Source of the DNA: Marinicella sp.
GTDB lineage: Bacteria > Pseudomonadota > Gammaproteobacteria > Xanthomonadales > Marinicellaceae
DNA: 64,000 nucleotides
Reading direction: 5' to 3'
Assembly (NCBI GenBank): GCA_965230295.1
Contig: OZ246001.1
Location: forward strand, 2,752,001-2,816,000
Shown: one piece after another, positions 42,468-52,159 of the stretch
Layout of the letters: each line of letters starts with the position of its first letter
Position numbering within the stretch: position 1 is the first letter of the stretch
Translations under genes and position numbers: made by a program
Notes under the pieces: model-generated
What the model was told of the DNA's origin: nothing
The model's database searches: none
Seen by the model: the letters and a program-made list of their open reading frames with translations, nothing else

Positions 42468-43039
42468 TAAAAGTCAGTGAATCAGCCATCGAGTTTTTGG
42501 CAGGTGTGATCAACGAACAAGACATTGAAAACCTACACCTCAAAGTGGATGTACAAAATCCAGGTACGCCTTCGGCAGATTGTCACTTGGGATTTTGTGA
42601 ATCCGATGAAATTGATGACAGTTTTGAAGTTCAGGATTTAGGCCCGTTTAATTTGTACATGGCTAAAAATGACAGTGATTATTTTGTTGATGCTGAAATC
42701 GATTACGAAATCCAAGGTGCCAGTGGTCAACTGAACATCAAAGCACCCATGCTCAAAGGCCAAACGCCAGATGATGATGCGCCGTTGTTTGAACGCTTGT
42801 CATATTTTATTGATGCCACGATCAATCCCATGTTGGCCTCACATGGCGGCAGGGCCAATTTAACCAACATTGAAGGTGATAAAGCATACATTGAATTTGG
42901 TGGCGGCTGCCAAGGTTGTGGCATGGCCAAACAAACTTTATCTCAAGGGATGCAATCACAAATAACGACCGCCTTCCCTGAAATCAGTGAAGTGTTGGAT
43001 GCGACTGATCATGCATCAGGCGCCAACCCGTATTATTGA
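42464..43039 (+). CDS. nfuA: Fe/S biogenesis protein NfuA
   Basis: PGTP.A.C A-type-like domain, INP.LASHGG, FGGGCQGC, DATDH..G.NPY. Confidence 0.92.
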   Translation: MIKVSESAIEFLAGVINEQDIENLHLKVDVQNPGTPSADCHLGFCESDEIDDSFEVQDLGPFNLYMAKNDSDYFVDAEIDYEIQGASGQLNIKAPMLKGQTPDDDAPLFERLSYFIDATINPMLASHGGRANLTNIEGDKAYIEFGGGCQGCGMAKQTLSQGMQSQITTAFPEISEVLDATDHASGANPYY

Positions 43040-43055
43040 AAATTTAGGTCACTCA

Positions 43056-43859
43056 ATGGAATCCGAGAACAACCCCAATATCTACGATGTCACTGCTGAT
43101 ACATTCATGGCAGATGTCATTGAGAAATCAAAAAACACACCGGTGATTTTAGATTTCTGGGCAGATTGGTGCGAACCCTGTAAAAACCTCACTCCCATAT
43201 TACATTCAATTGTTGAAAAGTATCCCAACGCTTTGGTGTTGGCCAAAGTCAATACCGACCAAGAACAGATGCTGGCTCAACAAATGGGCATTCAAAGCCT
43301 ACCCACTGTGGCCTTGTTAAAAGATGGTCAAATCGTTGATAATTTCATGGGTGTGAAGCCTGAAAGTGAAATCACAGCCTGGTTGGCGAACCATGTAGAA
43401 TTGGCAGAACAGCCATCAGCACCGGTAGCTGATGATGGAGTTCAGAGCCTGATTGATGCGGGCGATTATGAGGCAGCAATGTCTGCCTTGTTAGCACAAC
43501 CAGCTGAACAAGCCGTTTGGCAAACCATTGAGGTTCACTTGTTGATGAATAACGTTGATGCCGCCCAGAAAATGTATGATGCTTTGAGTGATGCACAGTT
43601 GAAAATGCCTGAGGCCGATCAAGCCAAAGCCAGAATTCAATTGGCCAGTGTTGAAGCAGATGACGATCAACTGGCGGCATTCCAACAACAAATCGCACAA
43701 GGTCAAGTAGAACCGGCTGTACAAGGCCTGTTGGATGTGTTGCAGCAAGATTTGGGAAATACTGAGGTTAAACAATTACTCATTGCATCTTTCGGTTTGT
43801 TGAACGACCCAAAACTGGCAGCTCAGTACCGCAGGCGGATGGGTTCAATCTTGAATTGA
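43056..43859 (+). CDS. cnoX: Thioredoxin-TPR chaperedoxin (YbbN/CnoX-like)
   Basis: DFWADWCEPC thioredoxin domain followed by a helical region ending YRRRM. Confidence 0.8.
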   Translation: MESENNPNIYDVTADTFMADVIEKSKNTPVILDFWADWCEPCKNLTPILHSIVEKYPNALVLAKVNTDQEQMLAQQMGIQSLPTVALLKDGQIVDNFMGVKPESEITAWLANHVELAEQPSAPVADDGVQSLIDAGDYEAAMSALLAQPAEQAVWQTIEVHLLMNNVDAAQKMYDALSDAQLKMPEADQAKARIQLASVEADDDQLAAFQQQIAQGQVEPAVQGLLDVLQQDLGNTEVKQLLIASFGLLNDPKLAAQYRRRMGSILN

Positions 43860-43883
43860 TTCTGGTGTATCGGGAGAAACTAA

Positions 43884-44390
43884 ATGCTCAGAAAGTTTAT
43901 ATTAATGTCAACCATGGTGACTACCGGTGTGTTGGCTGATCAGGCTCAAAATTCCTCCGGATATTTAAGCCAAGCCAAACAAGTGGCTGACAACATTTGG
44001 ATTGGTCCACAACCCAATGCCAAAGATTTCAATGAATTGGCTGCCGAAGAGGTGACTGTGGTGGTCAACACCAGAACAGTCGAAGAAGTTGAACAACTGG
44101 ATTATCGACCAGCCGCTCAAGCGGAACAATTTAACATGGCCTATGAATTGATCGAGATAGGTAAAGGCCACGCTTACTCACCTGCACAGTTGGTGGTTTT
44201 CAATGAATTGATGGAGGCCAATGCCGGTGAAAAAATGGTGTTGCATTGTCGTTCTGGTCATCGTGCCAGTCAGTTATATGCCGCTTGGCTGATCAAACAT
44301 CAAAACAAGTCTACTGCCGAAGCATTACAAGCCATTCAGTCAGAGGAAACCACTTTGAATGATTCAATCAAGGCGCTTCTTGGTCAATAA
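43884..44390 (+). CDS. Exported DUF442/phosphatase-fold sulfurtransferase-like protein
   Basis: Signal peptide, GPQP, VVNTR, HCRSGHR loop. Confidence 0.7.
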   Translation: MLRKFILMSTMVTTGVLADQAQNSSGYLSQAKQVADNIWIGPQPNAKDFNELAAEEVTVVVNTRTVEEVEQLDYRPAAQAEQFNMAYELIEIGKGHAYSPAQLVVFNELMEANAGEKMVLHCRSGHRASQLYAAWLIKHQNKSTAEALQAIQSEETTLNDSIKALLGQ

Positions 44391-44426
44391 CAACCCCAAA
44401 TCTATTATTTAAGGAATCTACCAAAG

Positions 44427-45830
44427 ATGAAAGTGATCACACGTTTTGCTCCCAGTCCCACAGGCTACCTCCATGTTGGTGGTGCCCGGACTGCCTTGTT
44501 CTCATACCTGTATGCCAGACACCATGGAGGCCAATTTGAGCTGAGGATCGAAGACACCGATACCGAACGTTCTACCCAAGCATCGGTCGATGCCATTTTT
44601 GAGGGTATGGATTGGTTGGGATTAGAACATGATTCCGAGGTCAATTACCAAAGTAAAAATCTGGCGCGATATCAGGAAAAAATTCAAGAATTGTTAGACA
44701 GTGGCCAAGCTTATTACTGTGATTGTTCTAAGGAAGAGTTGGATGCCCTGCGTGAACAGCAAATGGCTCGTGGTGAAAAGCCCAGGTATGACGGGAGAAG
44801 TCGCGACTTGGGCCTGAAAAAATCTGCCGATACTGTTGTTCGATTCAAAAACCCACTGTCAGGTGAAGTGACTTTTAACGATCATGTGCGCGGCACCATA
44901 ACTGTGGCCAACAGCGAATTGGACGATCTGGTGATTGCCAGGGCCGATGGCATGCCCACCTACAATTTCAGTGTGGTGGTTGATGATGCCGATATGGGCA
45001 TCACCCATGTCATTCGGGGTGATGATCACATCAATAACACCCCACGACAGATCAATATTTATCAAGCACTCAACATGCCAGTACCTGAATTTGCCCATGT
45101 GCCGATGATTTTGGGTGATGACGGTGCGCGTTTATCCAAACGCCATGGAGCGGTCAGCGTGATGCAGTATGCCGATGACGGCTATTTGCCCGAAGCGGTG
45201 CTGAATTATTTGGTGCGATTGGGTTGGTCACATGGTGATCAAGAGTTATTCAATAAAGAAGAAATGATTGAATTGTTCGATTTATCCGGTGTTAACCGAG
45301 CACCCAGTGCCTTTAATACCACCAAGCTGAATTGGATCAACCAACAATACATACAGCAGGCAGATTCATCCAGACTCGCTGAGTTGTTGCAACAACGATT
45401 GTCTGCAATCAATGTCGAGGTCAATTCGGACATTGACTTGGTGGCCATAGTTGATATGTTCAAAGACCGGGCCCAAACCATCAATGAATTGGCTGACATG
45501 GGTCTGTTCCTGTTGCAGCCTTTATCCGGTTACGATGAAAAAGCAGAAGCCAAAGCCTTCAAAGAATCAGCCATAGAGCCCCTCAAAGCTGTCATCAATA
45601 AATGCGAAGGCATTGATGATTGGCCCGGTGCGGACTTACATCAACTGATCGCTGATGTGGTGGCTGAACTGGAAGTGGGTTTTGGTAAAGTCGGCATGCC
45701 TGTGAGGCTGGCGCTGTCCGGTCAGGCGCAAGGGCCTGCCAATGATGTGATCATGCAAGTGTTGGGCCAAGAACAGAGTGTTCAAAGGTTGCAACAAGCA
45801 TTAGAACATGTGCAAAATAAGTATGCTTGA
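44427..45830 (+). CDS. gltX: Glutamate--tRNA ligase
   Basis: RFAPSPTGYLHVGG, LRIEDTD, LSKRHG. Confidence 0.99.
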   Translation: MKVITRFAPSPTGYLHVGGARTALFSYLYARHHGGQFELRIEDTDTERSTQASVDAIFEGMDWLGLEHDSEVNYQSKNLARYQEKIQELLDSGQAYYCDCSKEELDALREQQMARGEKPRYDGRSRDLGLKKSADTVVRFKNPLSGEVTFNDHVRGTITVANSELDDLVIARADGMPTYNFSVVVDDADMGITHVIRGDDHINNTPRQINIYQALNMPVPEFAHVPMILGDDGARLSKRHGAVSVMQYADDGYLPEAVLNYLVRLGWSHGDQELFNKEEMIELFDLSGVNRAPSAFNTTKLNWINQQYIQQADSSRLAELLQQRLSAINVEVNSDIDLVAIVDMFKDRAQTINELADMGLFLLQPLSGYDEKAEAKAFKESAIEPLKAVINKCEGIDDWPGADLHQLIADVVAELEVGFGKVGMPVRLALSGQAQGPANDVIMQVLGQEQSVQRLQQALEHVQNKYA

Positions 45831-46310
45831 ATGACTGTGGCTGCCACCTTCACCATCAAACGTTTGACCAAAGCTGACCTGCATTTGATGGATGGTTTGC
45901 TGGATTGTTTCGCCGTAAATTTTGCAGATCACGATAATTACACCAACAATCGACCTCAACCGAAATACCTTCAATCCTTACTCAATGAACAGGGCTTCAT
46001 AGCTTTGGTGGCATGTGCTGAAAACCAGGTGATTGGTGGCCTGGCTGCCTATGAATTAAAGAAATTTGAACAAGCCCGCAGTGAAATTTATATTTATGAT
46101 TTGGCGGTTGATGCTAAAAACAGGCGACAGGGTGTGGCCACTGCATTGATCAACGCTTTACAACCGATTGCAAAACAGTGTGGCGCTTGGGTGATATACG
46201 TTCAAGCCGATCAGGGTGATGAACCGCCGATAGCCTTGTATGAAAAACTGGGTATAAGAGAGGACGTCTTGCATTTTGATATTCCGGTACAGCCCACTCC
46301 AACCGAGTAG
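45831..46310 (+). CDS. aac(3)-I: AAC(3)-I-like aminoglycoside N-acetyltransferase (GNAT)
   Basis: FEQARSEIYIYDLAV...RRQGVATALI...VIYVQAD.GD.P..ALY.KLG.RE.V.HFDI closely matches the AAC(3)-Ia sequence as I recall it. Confidence 0.85.
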   Translation: MTVAATFTIKRLTKADLHLMDGLLDCFAVNFADHDNYTNNRPQPKYLQSLLNEQGFIALVACAENQVIGGLAAYELKKFEQARSEIYIYDLAVDAKNRRQGVATALINALQPIAKQCGAWVIYVQADQGDEPPIALYEKLGIREDVLHFDIPVQPTPTE

Positions 46311-46353
46311 AAGCCATTTTTAATGACAACATTTTATCCGTGAAACTCATTCA

Positions 46354-46869
46354 ATGAAAAAATACATTTTGTTATTCAGGGGCATCAACGTGGGTGGTAG
46401 AAATTTACTCCCCATGAAAGCGTTAAAAGCCATGTTACAAGAATGTGGTTATCAGAAGGTAGAAACCTATATTCAGTCAGGTAATGTGGTCTTACAAAGT
46501 CAACAACCTCCTGATGATGTCATCAGTGGACAAATTGAGCAGGTATTTGGTTTCAAACCCCAATTGTTGGTGCTGACTGAAGAACATTTTAAAGATGCCA
46601 TCCAGAACAACCCCTTTGCCACAGATGAAGGCAAGCATTTGCATTTCTTTTTCCTGGCTGAACAGCCACAAGCAAATCATGAAAAGTTGTCACAGTTGGC
46701 CACCGAGACTGAACAATTTTTGGTGACTGATTCGGTGTTCTACTTATTGGCACCTGATGGCATTGGTCGGTCTAAATTGGCTGCTCAGGTTGAAGCGTGT
46801 CTGGGGGTGTCAGGGACTGGCCGGAATTTAAATACAGTCAGAAAGCTGGTGGCAATGCTGGAGAAATAA
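46354..46869 (+). CDS. DUF1697 family protein
   Basis: LFRGINVGG.N.LPM..L, TYIQSGNV, T.RN.NTV.KL. Confidence 0.9.
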   Translation: MKKYILLFRGINVGGRNLLPMKALKAMLQECGYQKVETYIQSGNVVLQSQQPPDDVISGQIEQVFGFKPQLLVLTEEHFKDAIQNNPFATDEGKHLHFFFLAEQPQANHEKLSQLATETEQFLVTDSVFYLLAPDGIGRSKLAAQVEACLGVSGTGRNLNTVRKLVAMLEK

Positions 46870-46872
46870 TCA

Positions 46873-47610
46873 ATGAATAACTTCTACAATGTGAGGCTGC
46901 AGTTTTGGCTTTGGTGTTTGTTGTCCGTCAGTCATCAGGTCTGGGCTGGTGAACATGAATTGAAAATAACTGCTTTGAGTGATCAGGTTTATTTACACAC
47001 TTCATTCCACGAAACCGATTCCTATGGTTGGGTGGGTGCACATGGCCTGGTTGTTATTCATGAATCGGGTGCTTACATCATCGATACGCCTTGGTCTGAG
47101 GCGGACACCAAGCAATTGCAGGCGTGGATAAGCGATGAAGGGTATAAACTGATGGGCAGTGTTTCCACTCATTTTCATGCCGACAGGACCGCAGGCATTG
47201 ATCATTTAAATGTCATGAAGGTGCCCACCCATGCATCCAAACTCACCAACCAATTGTTGGCTGATTTAGGACAAGCGCAGGCCACTCATGCTTTTACCGG
47301 TAACACTTTTTCCTGGCTGCCAGAAGTGATTGAGGTTTATTACCCCGGTGGAGGCCACTCGAAAGACAACGTGGTGGTTTGGTTGCCGCAGGAAAAGCTC
47401 CTGTTTGGTGGCTGCTTGATCAGGTCAATTCACAGCAAAACATTGGGCAACACCAGTGATGCGGTGGTCAGTGATTGGGCTGAGAGTGCATCACATGTGC
47501 TGGCCAAGTATGGGGATGTCAAAACAGTGGTCCCGGGCCATGGCTCCCTTGGTGGCATAGAATTGATTAAGCACACCATTCAATTGGCTCAAAAACACAA
47601 TGAAAAGTAG
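46873..47610 (+). CDS. Subclass B1 metallo-beta-lactamase
   Basis: Signal peptide; IIDTPW, THFHADRTAG, PGGGHSKDNVVVWLP, LFGGC, VVPGHG give all six B1 zinc ligands. Confidence 0.88.
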   Translation: MNNFYNVRLQFWLWCLLSVSHQVWAGEHELKITALSDQVYLHTSFHETDSYGWVGAHGLVVIHESGAYIIDTPWSEADTKQLQAWISDEGYKLMGSVSTHFHADRTAGIDHLNVMKVPTHASKLTNQLLADLGQAQATHAFTGNTFSWLPEVIEVYYPGGGHSKDNVVVWLPQEKLLFGGCLIRSIHSKTLGNTSDAVVSDWAESASHVLAKYGDVKTVVPGHGSLGGIELIKHTIQLAQKHNEK

Positions 47611-47748
47611 TCAGCATTGACTCGTTTTCTTCAGACGAAATACAATGAAAGCCCCTGGAGCATCCATTTTATATGGCTTTTAGCATTGGCACGATGGCCT
47701 TGAATATTGCACAATAGGTACCAGGTTCAAACTTCGTGTCAGTCAACA

Positions 47749-49329
47749 ATGAAGCAACAAACACCTTTGTGGGTAACAGGTGAAATTTCCATAGATTCGG
47801 TGGCACTGCGTGCTTATAAGCAGCATCAACCCATTGAACTTTCTGAGTTGTCATGTAAAGTCATGCTGGCTTTGATTCAGGCCTATCCTCAACCCCTCAG
47901 CAATCAAGAGCTGATCGATCAAGTTTGGCAACAAGTGGCAGTCAGTCCGGAAACGGTTACCCAGCGCATTGCCATGATCAGAAAAGCCTTGAGTCAGGTG
48001 GGAATAAACCACAAACAGTACCTGTCATCTACCCGCCATGTGGGCTACCGATGGATCAAAACGGTCAATCATAAGCAGCCCAAACCGCAGAACCCAAAAT
48101 TATGGTTTGCCCTGGCCATGACATTGGTGGTGTTACTGGCAGGGGCCACTTGGTACTTGAATGAACGCCAAGCCACATCCAAATCCATCCACCAAAAGGT
48201 TTCTACGCAGATTTCAGTCGAAGACCTGACCCAACAAGCCTGGGAGTATTTAGACAAACACACGGCAAAAACCAATAGATCGGCAGTGAGTTTATTTCGC
48301 CAGGCCCTTGAAATTGATGCCAATCACGTCAACGCATTGACGGGATTATCCATTGCGCTTTCTCACCAAGTAACAAAATTCAATCAGTCTGATAAATGGC
48401 TGGTGGAAGCCAGATCGGTGGCATTGAAAGCCGTTGAATTAGACGATACCCATGCCCAGGCTTGGGCTGCACTGGCCTTTGTCGATGACGCCTATGGAGA
48501 TTTGGATAAGGCGATAAGCGGTTATGAAAAGGCAATTGCATTGTCACCAGACAACAGTTCGATCGTCAGTTCTCTGGCTTATTTGTATGGTAAAAAAGGG
48601 CGTTTGTTAGATTCATTGCAAAAGAGCCTTTCTGTGTTGGGAACTGATCAACTGTATTTAGATGTTCAAATTGCCCAGGTCATGGAGCTGTTGGGGTTCG
48701 ATATGTTGGCCGAACGTTGGTATCGAAAAGCAGATGTTTTGGCCCCTGACAATGTGTTCGCTACTTACTTGCGAGCCCGTTTCTATTTGGCCAGAAATCA
48801 ACATGACCAAGCCAAAGACATTGTAGAACAGGCCATTGATAGGGGTGTCGTCAGGCCGGAATTACCCATCTTGTTGGGCATGTTGGCTTGGAAGAAAAGT
48901 GACATGCCAACAGCACAACTGTATTTTCAGCAAGCAACCGAAATTGACCCCAATGACACCCATGCGCAGTTGATGTTGGCAACAGTGTCCAAGCAGCAGG
49001 CTTCACAAGCAGAGCGTTTTGTGCATCTGAACGAGATCAAGCAGCAGTATTTCAGTGGTCAACAAACCACATGGCCGGATTACTGGGTTCATCAAGCACA
49101 GGTTTTGGCGTATTTTGGTGCGGATGAAGAAGCAATGGAATATTTACATCAAGCTTATCAGGCGGGTTATCGTAATCTGATGTGGCTTCAGTGGTTACCG
49201 GCCTTTGAAGGCCTAAAAAGCCAGCCAACTTGGCAATCGCTGATGGTTGAGTTACACCAAGACGTCAGTAACCAAAGACAACAATTGCTGTCTGCAGATT
49301 GGTTGCCAACGTCTTTTTTTAGACCCTGA
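47749..49329 (+). CDS. CadC/ToxR-like membrane-anchored regulator (winged helix, one TM helix, TPR domain)
   Basis: LIDQVW....VS.ETVTQRI..IRKAL...GYRW, one TM helix, TPR repeats. Confidence 0.85.
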   Translation: MKQQTPLWVTGEISIDSVALRAYKQHQPIELSELSCKVMLALIQAYPQPLSNQELIDQVWQQVAVSPETVTQRIAMIRKALSQVGINHKQYLSSTRHVGYRWIKTVNHKQPKPQNPKLWFALAMTLVVLLAGATWYLNERQATSKSIHQKVSTQISVEDLTQQAWEYLDKHTAKTNRSAVSLFRQALEIDANHVNALTGLSIALSHQVTKFNQSDKWLVEARSVALKAVELDDTHAQAWAALAFVDDAYGDLDKAISGYEKAIALSPDNSSIVSSLAYLYGKKGRLLDSLQKSLSVLGTDQLYLDVQIAQVMELLGFDMLAERWYRKADVLAPDNVFATYLRARFYLARNQHDQAKDIVEQAIDRGVVRPELPILLGMLAWKKSDMPTAQLYFQQATEIDPNDTHAQLMLATVSKQQASQAERFVHLNEIKQQYFSGQQTTWPDYWVHQAQVLAYFGADEEAMEYLHQAYQAGYRNLMWLQWLPAFEGLKSQPTWQSLMVELHQDVSNQRQQLLSADWLPTSFFRP

Positions 49330-49332
49330 TAG

Positions 49333-50385
49333 TTAACGGTTCATTAATACGGGAATCACATGATCAGTGAGGATTCCTTGAGATTGTTGGTGCATGTAGT
49401 TGGTGTTGTAAGCTGTACTGGTGATCACCACTTGGGCATTGAGGCTGGGTAACATGAATAAATAGTTGCCACCATTGCCCGCTGCTGCATAAGCAGTGAT
49501 GGTTTGATCATTGACTTTAAAGTCAAAAATCCACCATAAATACCCATATTCCTGATTGCGTTCAGCATTGATGACAGCACGTCGCTTCAAAGATGAGTTG
49601 ACCCAATTTTTATTCAAGATTTGCTGTTTGTTGAATTGCCCTTGGTTCATCATCAGCTGTCCAATTTTGATCCAGTCACGGGAGGTCATGCGCATCCCGC
49701 CAGCACCATTGGTCACACCCAAAGGGGCTTGACTGAATTTGGGTGGTTCTATTCCCAAAGGGGTGAATAACTTGCTTTGCAGGTAAGTACTCATGGGTTG
49801 TTTGCTGACCCGTTCAACAACATTTGTAAGTATTTGAACCCCTCCACTGCAGTAAGCAAAAGCCCGGCCATATGGACTGTTTTCAGGTGTTTTAGCCCAA
49901 GGCGGCGTGCCTTTGATGGGTAGATCAAGAATAAATCCTGACCAGTCTTCAATGATGTACATGCGTTCTTCATTACCTCTGGAAGCCGGGTTCCAATCAT
50001 CACATTCCAGTTGGCTACTCATGGTTAATAAGTCTTCAAGAGTCATGGTTGTTTTCCTGGGGTCCGGGTTTTTGACGGGTTGTTTGTCTTTGAAATAGGG
50101 CAGTACCGTTTGCTTAACATCTTTGATCATGCCATCTTGAATGGCGAAGCCCATGGCCAATGAAGTCATGGACTTACTGGCAGAGCGCATGTCATTTTTC
50201 ACATTTGGACCGCCTTGATTGAAGTATTGTTCATAGATGATTTGACCTTGGTGTGAAACCACCACACTGGTCATTTGTTGGTATTCATTGTTGTTTATTT
50301 TTTCAGTTAATGACTTGAAACTTGCGCCAGGTGAAGACGTGATGATGCCAAAGAGCAGTATAAAAAATGTAAATGGTTTGTTCAT
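49333..50385 (-). CDS. Secreted serine hydrolase, beta-lactamase class C/PBP fold
   Basis: RSASKS (SxxK), LLTMSS, FAYCS, YGYLWW, AAGNGG. Confidence 0.88.
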   Translation of the reverse strand: MNKPFTFFILLFGIITSSPGASFKSLTEKINNNEYQQMTSVVVSHQGQIIYEQYFNQGGPNVKNDMRSASKSMTSLAMGFAIQDGMIKDVKQTVLPYFKDKQPVKNPDPRKTTMTLEDLLTMSSQLECDDWNPASRGNEERMYIIEDWSGFILDLPIKGTPPWAKTPENSPYGRAFAYCSGGVQILTNVVERVSKQPMSTYLQSKLFTPLGIEPPKFSQAPLGVTNGAGGMRMTSRDWIKIGQLMMNQGQFNKQQILNKNWVNSSLKRRAVINAERNQEYGYLWWIFDFKVNDQTITAYAAAGNGGNYLFMLPSLNAQVVITSTAYNTNYMHQQSQGILTDHVIPVLMNR

Positions 50386-50566
50386 GGTGTTTATCTCTGT
50401 TGCGAAAAAACATTCACAATAAGTCAATCTTCACAGAGGTGCATGAAATGTCCTTGAACAAAAATAAAGAAAAATAAAAGGCTTTGTAAGTCTTTGAAAA
50501 AGTTACTTTATTTGGTAATCAGCCGTGATTAATCAAGCCAATGATCAAACGGGTTGAGGTGTTGTG

Positions 50567-51031
50567 TTAACCATTGACTGCCAATAAAGCGGCCAGTAGC
50601 AGCATGACCGTCAGGTTCAGTTTGAGCTTAAGTCTGGTATACCAGGGTGGCAAGATGTTTTGATTGTGGGCATGCCAATCCAGTGCCAATGCCGTCAGCC
50701 AACAAAAAAGCAACAATGAGATGCCCAAAAAATCGGCATACGATTGGTAACTGAGCCAGGCCACCACAATGATCAGGAAGTTAAATGCCACATAGCCAGA
50801 ATGATGTTTTTGGTTGAGCACTGCGCCAATTTGTATGCCAGCAAACAAAGCCAATAACAAAGCGGCGTAAGAATGGGTATAAATGTAAGCGTTGATGTGG
50901 GCAAAACTCAGTTTTACGCCAGTGAAAGAGGCCCAGTCTAAGTGGTGATACAAAGCCAGCAACAAGGTTAACAGCAATGGCACCAAACTCATATAGGCCA
51001 GTGCTTTGAATGTTTTTGAAGGTTGCGTCAT
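50567..51031 (-). CDS. DUF3429-like membrane protein
   Basis: L.Y..LVP, YAA....F.GIQ.G, D.......LP.WY..L. Confidence 0.7.
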   Translation of the reverse strand: MTQPSKTFKALAYMSLVPLLLTLLLALYHHLDWASFTGVKLSFAHINAYIYTHSYAALLLALFAGIQIGAVLNQKHHSGYVAFNFLIIVVAWLSYQSYADFLGISLLLFCWLTALALDWHAHNQNILPPWYTRLKLKLNLTVMLLLAALLAVNG

Positions 51032-51044
51032 GTATGATTAGGTC

Positions 51045-52109
51045 TTATTTGCTGTTGATCAATGCGTTAAAAAATTCAACCAATTCATAGGTCTTGATGT
51101 CATTATGACAGGCGCCCACCTGAATTTCTGTGAACAGTAGATTGGAATCTACCACTTTGGCAAATGGTTTGCATGGGCTGATGCCCAGCTGATTGACCAA
51201 TGATTTGAGTTTGTTGTTGGTGGGGTACAGGTCGGCTTTGATTCTTATTTGAAAACCATTGGTATGGGGTTGTTCAACAATCAGGCCCTCAACCCGTTGT
51301 AATGCTGTAGCAATGTCTTTGGCACGCATGACCCATTGATTGATCTGGTTGAGGTTGTTATCCAGTCCATGAAGGGCAGTGATCAGTGCTGGAAAAGCAC
51401 TCCACATATTAGAGCCCAGACGATCACGCCACACCTGACATTGTTCTAAGAAGTGATTGTCGCCAGCCAACAGCGCGCCGGTGAGGGCGCCGATGCCTTT
51501 GTACATGGACACATAAACACTGTCAAACAAGCGCGATATCCCGGCCCAGGCATGTCCATAGTAATGGGCTGATTCCCACAAACGTGCACCATCCATGTGC
51601 ATGATCACTTGATGGTCGTCGCACCACTTTCGCAGATCAAGTAACTCTTGCCATTGAGCCAATTTAAACCCGGCACGTCGTAAGGGCAGTTCAATCACCA
51701 ACACGGCCACTTTTTCTTCTGAGGCAGTGACGTCTTTCAAAGTAATGGGCTGATCTGTGTTGCCAATGAACACCCCTTCCAAACCCATCAAAGCCTGGAA
51801 GGCATTTTGTTCATCCTGGGCAATGTGTGATTGTGGGTGCAACATGACTTTGGGGTTATTTTGATTGTCACAATGCACTTTCAGGGCGGCCATTTGACAG
51901 GTGGTGCCTTTGTTGAAAAACATGGCATCGGGTTTACCCAGCAGAGCCGCAACCCTGGTCTCTAACTCATCCACCAATGGACCTTCATTGTAGGTGTCAG
52001 ATTCAAAGTGACTGTACCTGGATTCACTCATCAGTTTCAACCAATGATCATGGCTTTGTTTGTGCATGCCTAAGTAACGCAATTTTGACCCCTTGAAAGA
52101 AATTCCCAA
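51045..52109 (-). CDS. Low-specificity threonine aldolase family PLP enzyme
   Basis: HPQSH, HMDGARLWE, YVSMYKG (PLP lysine); start uncertain. Confidence 0.85.
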   Translation of the reverse strand: MGISFKGSKLRYLGMHKQSHDHWLKLMSESRYSHFESDTYNEGPLVDELETRVAALLGKPDAMFFNKGTTCQMAALKVHCDNQNNPKVMLHPQSHIAQDEQNAFQALMGLEGVFIGNTDQPITLKDVTASEEKVAVLVIELPLRRAGFKLAQWQELLDLRKWCDDHQVIMHMDGARLWESAHYYGHAWAGISRLFDSVYVSMYKGIGALTGALLAGDNHFLEQCQVWRDRLGSNMWSAFPALITALHGLDNNLNQINQWVMRAKDIATALQRVEGLIVEQPHTNGFQIRIKADLYPTNNKLKSLVNQLGISPCKPFAKVVDSNLLFTEIQVGACHNDIKTYELVEFFNALINSK

Positions 52110-52159
52110 TCATTAATTATAGACATTATCGGGAACAAAGTTAATAGACTTATTTCAGC

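Noticed and set aside
45831-47640. Integron cassette origin for aac(3)-I and the MBL
   Set aside because: Intergenic gaps of 0-43 nt are too short for attC sites and no integrase is present
47687-47702. TGGCACG as a sigma-54 -24 box
   Set aside because: No TTGC at the required -12 spacing
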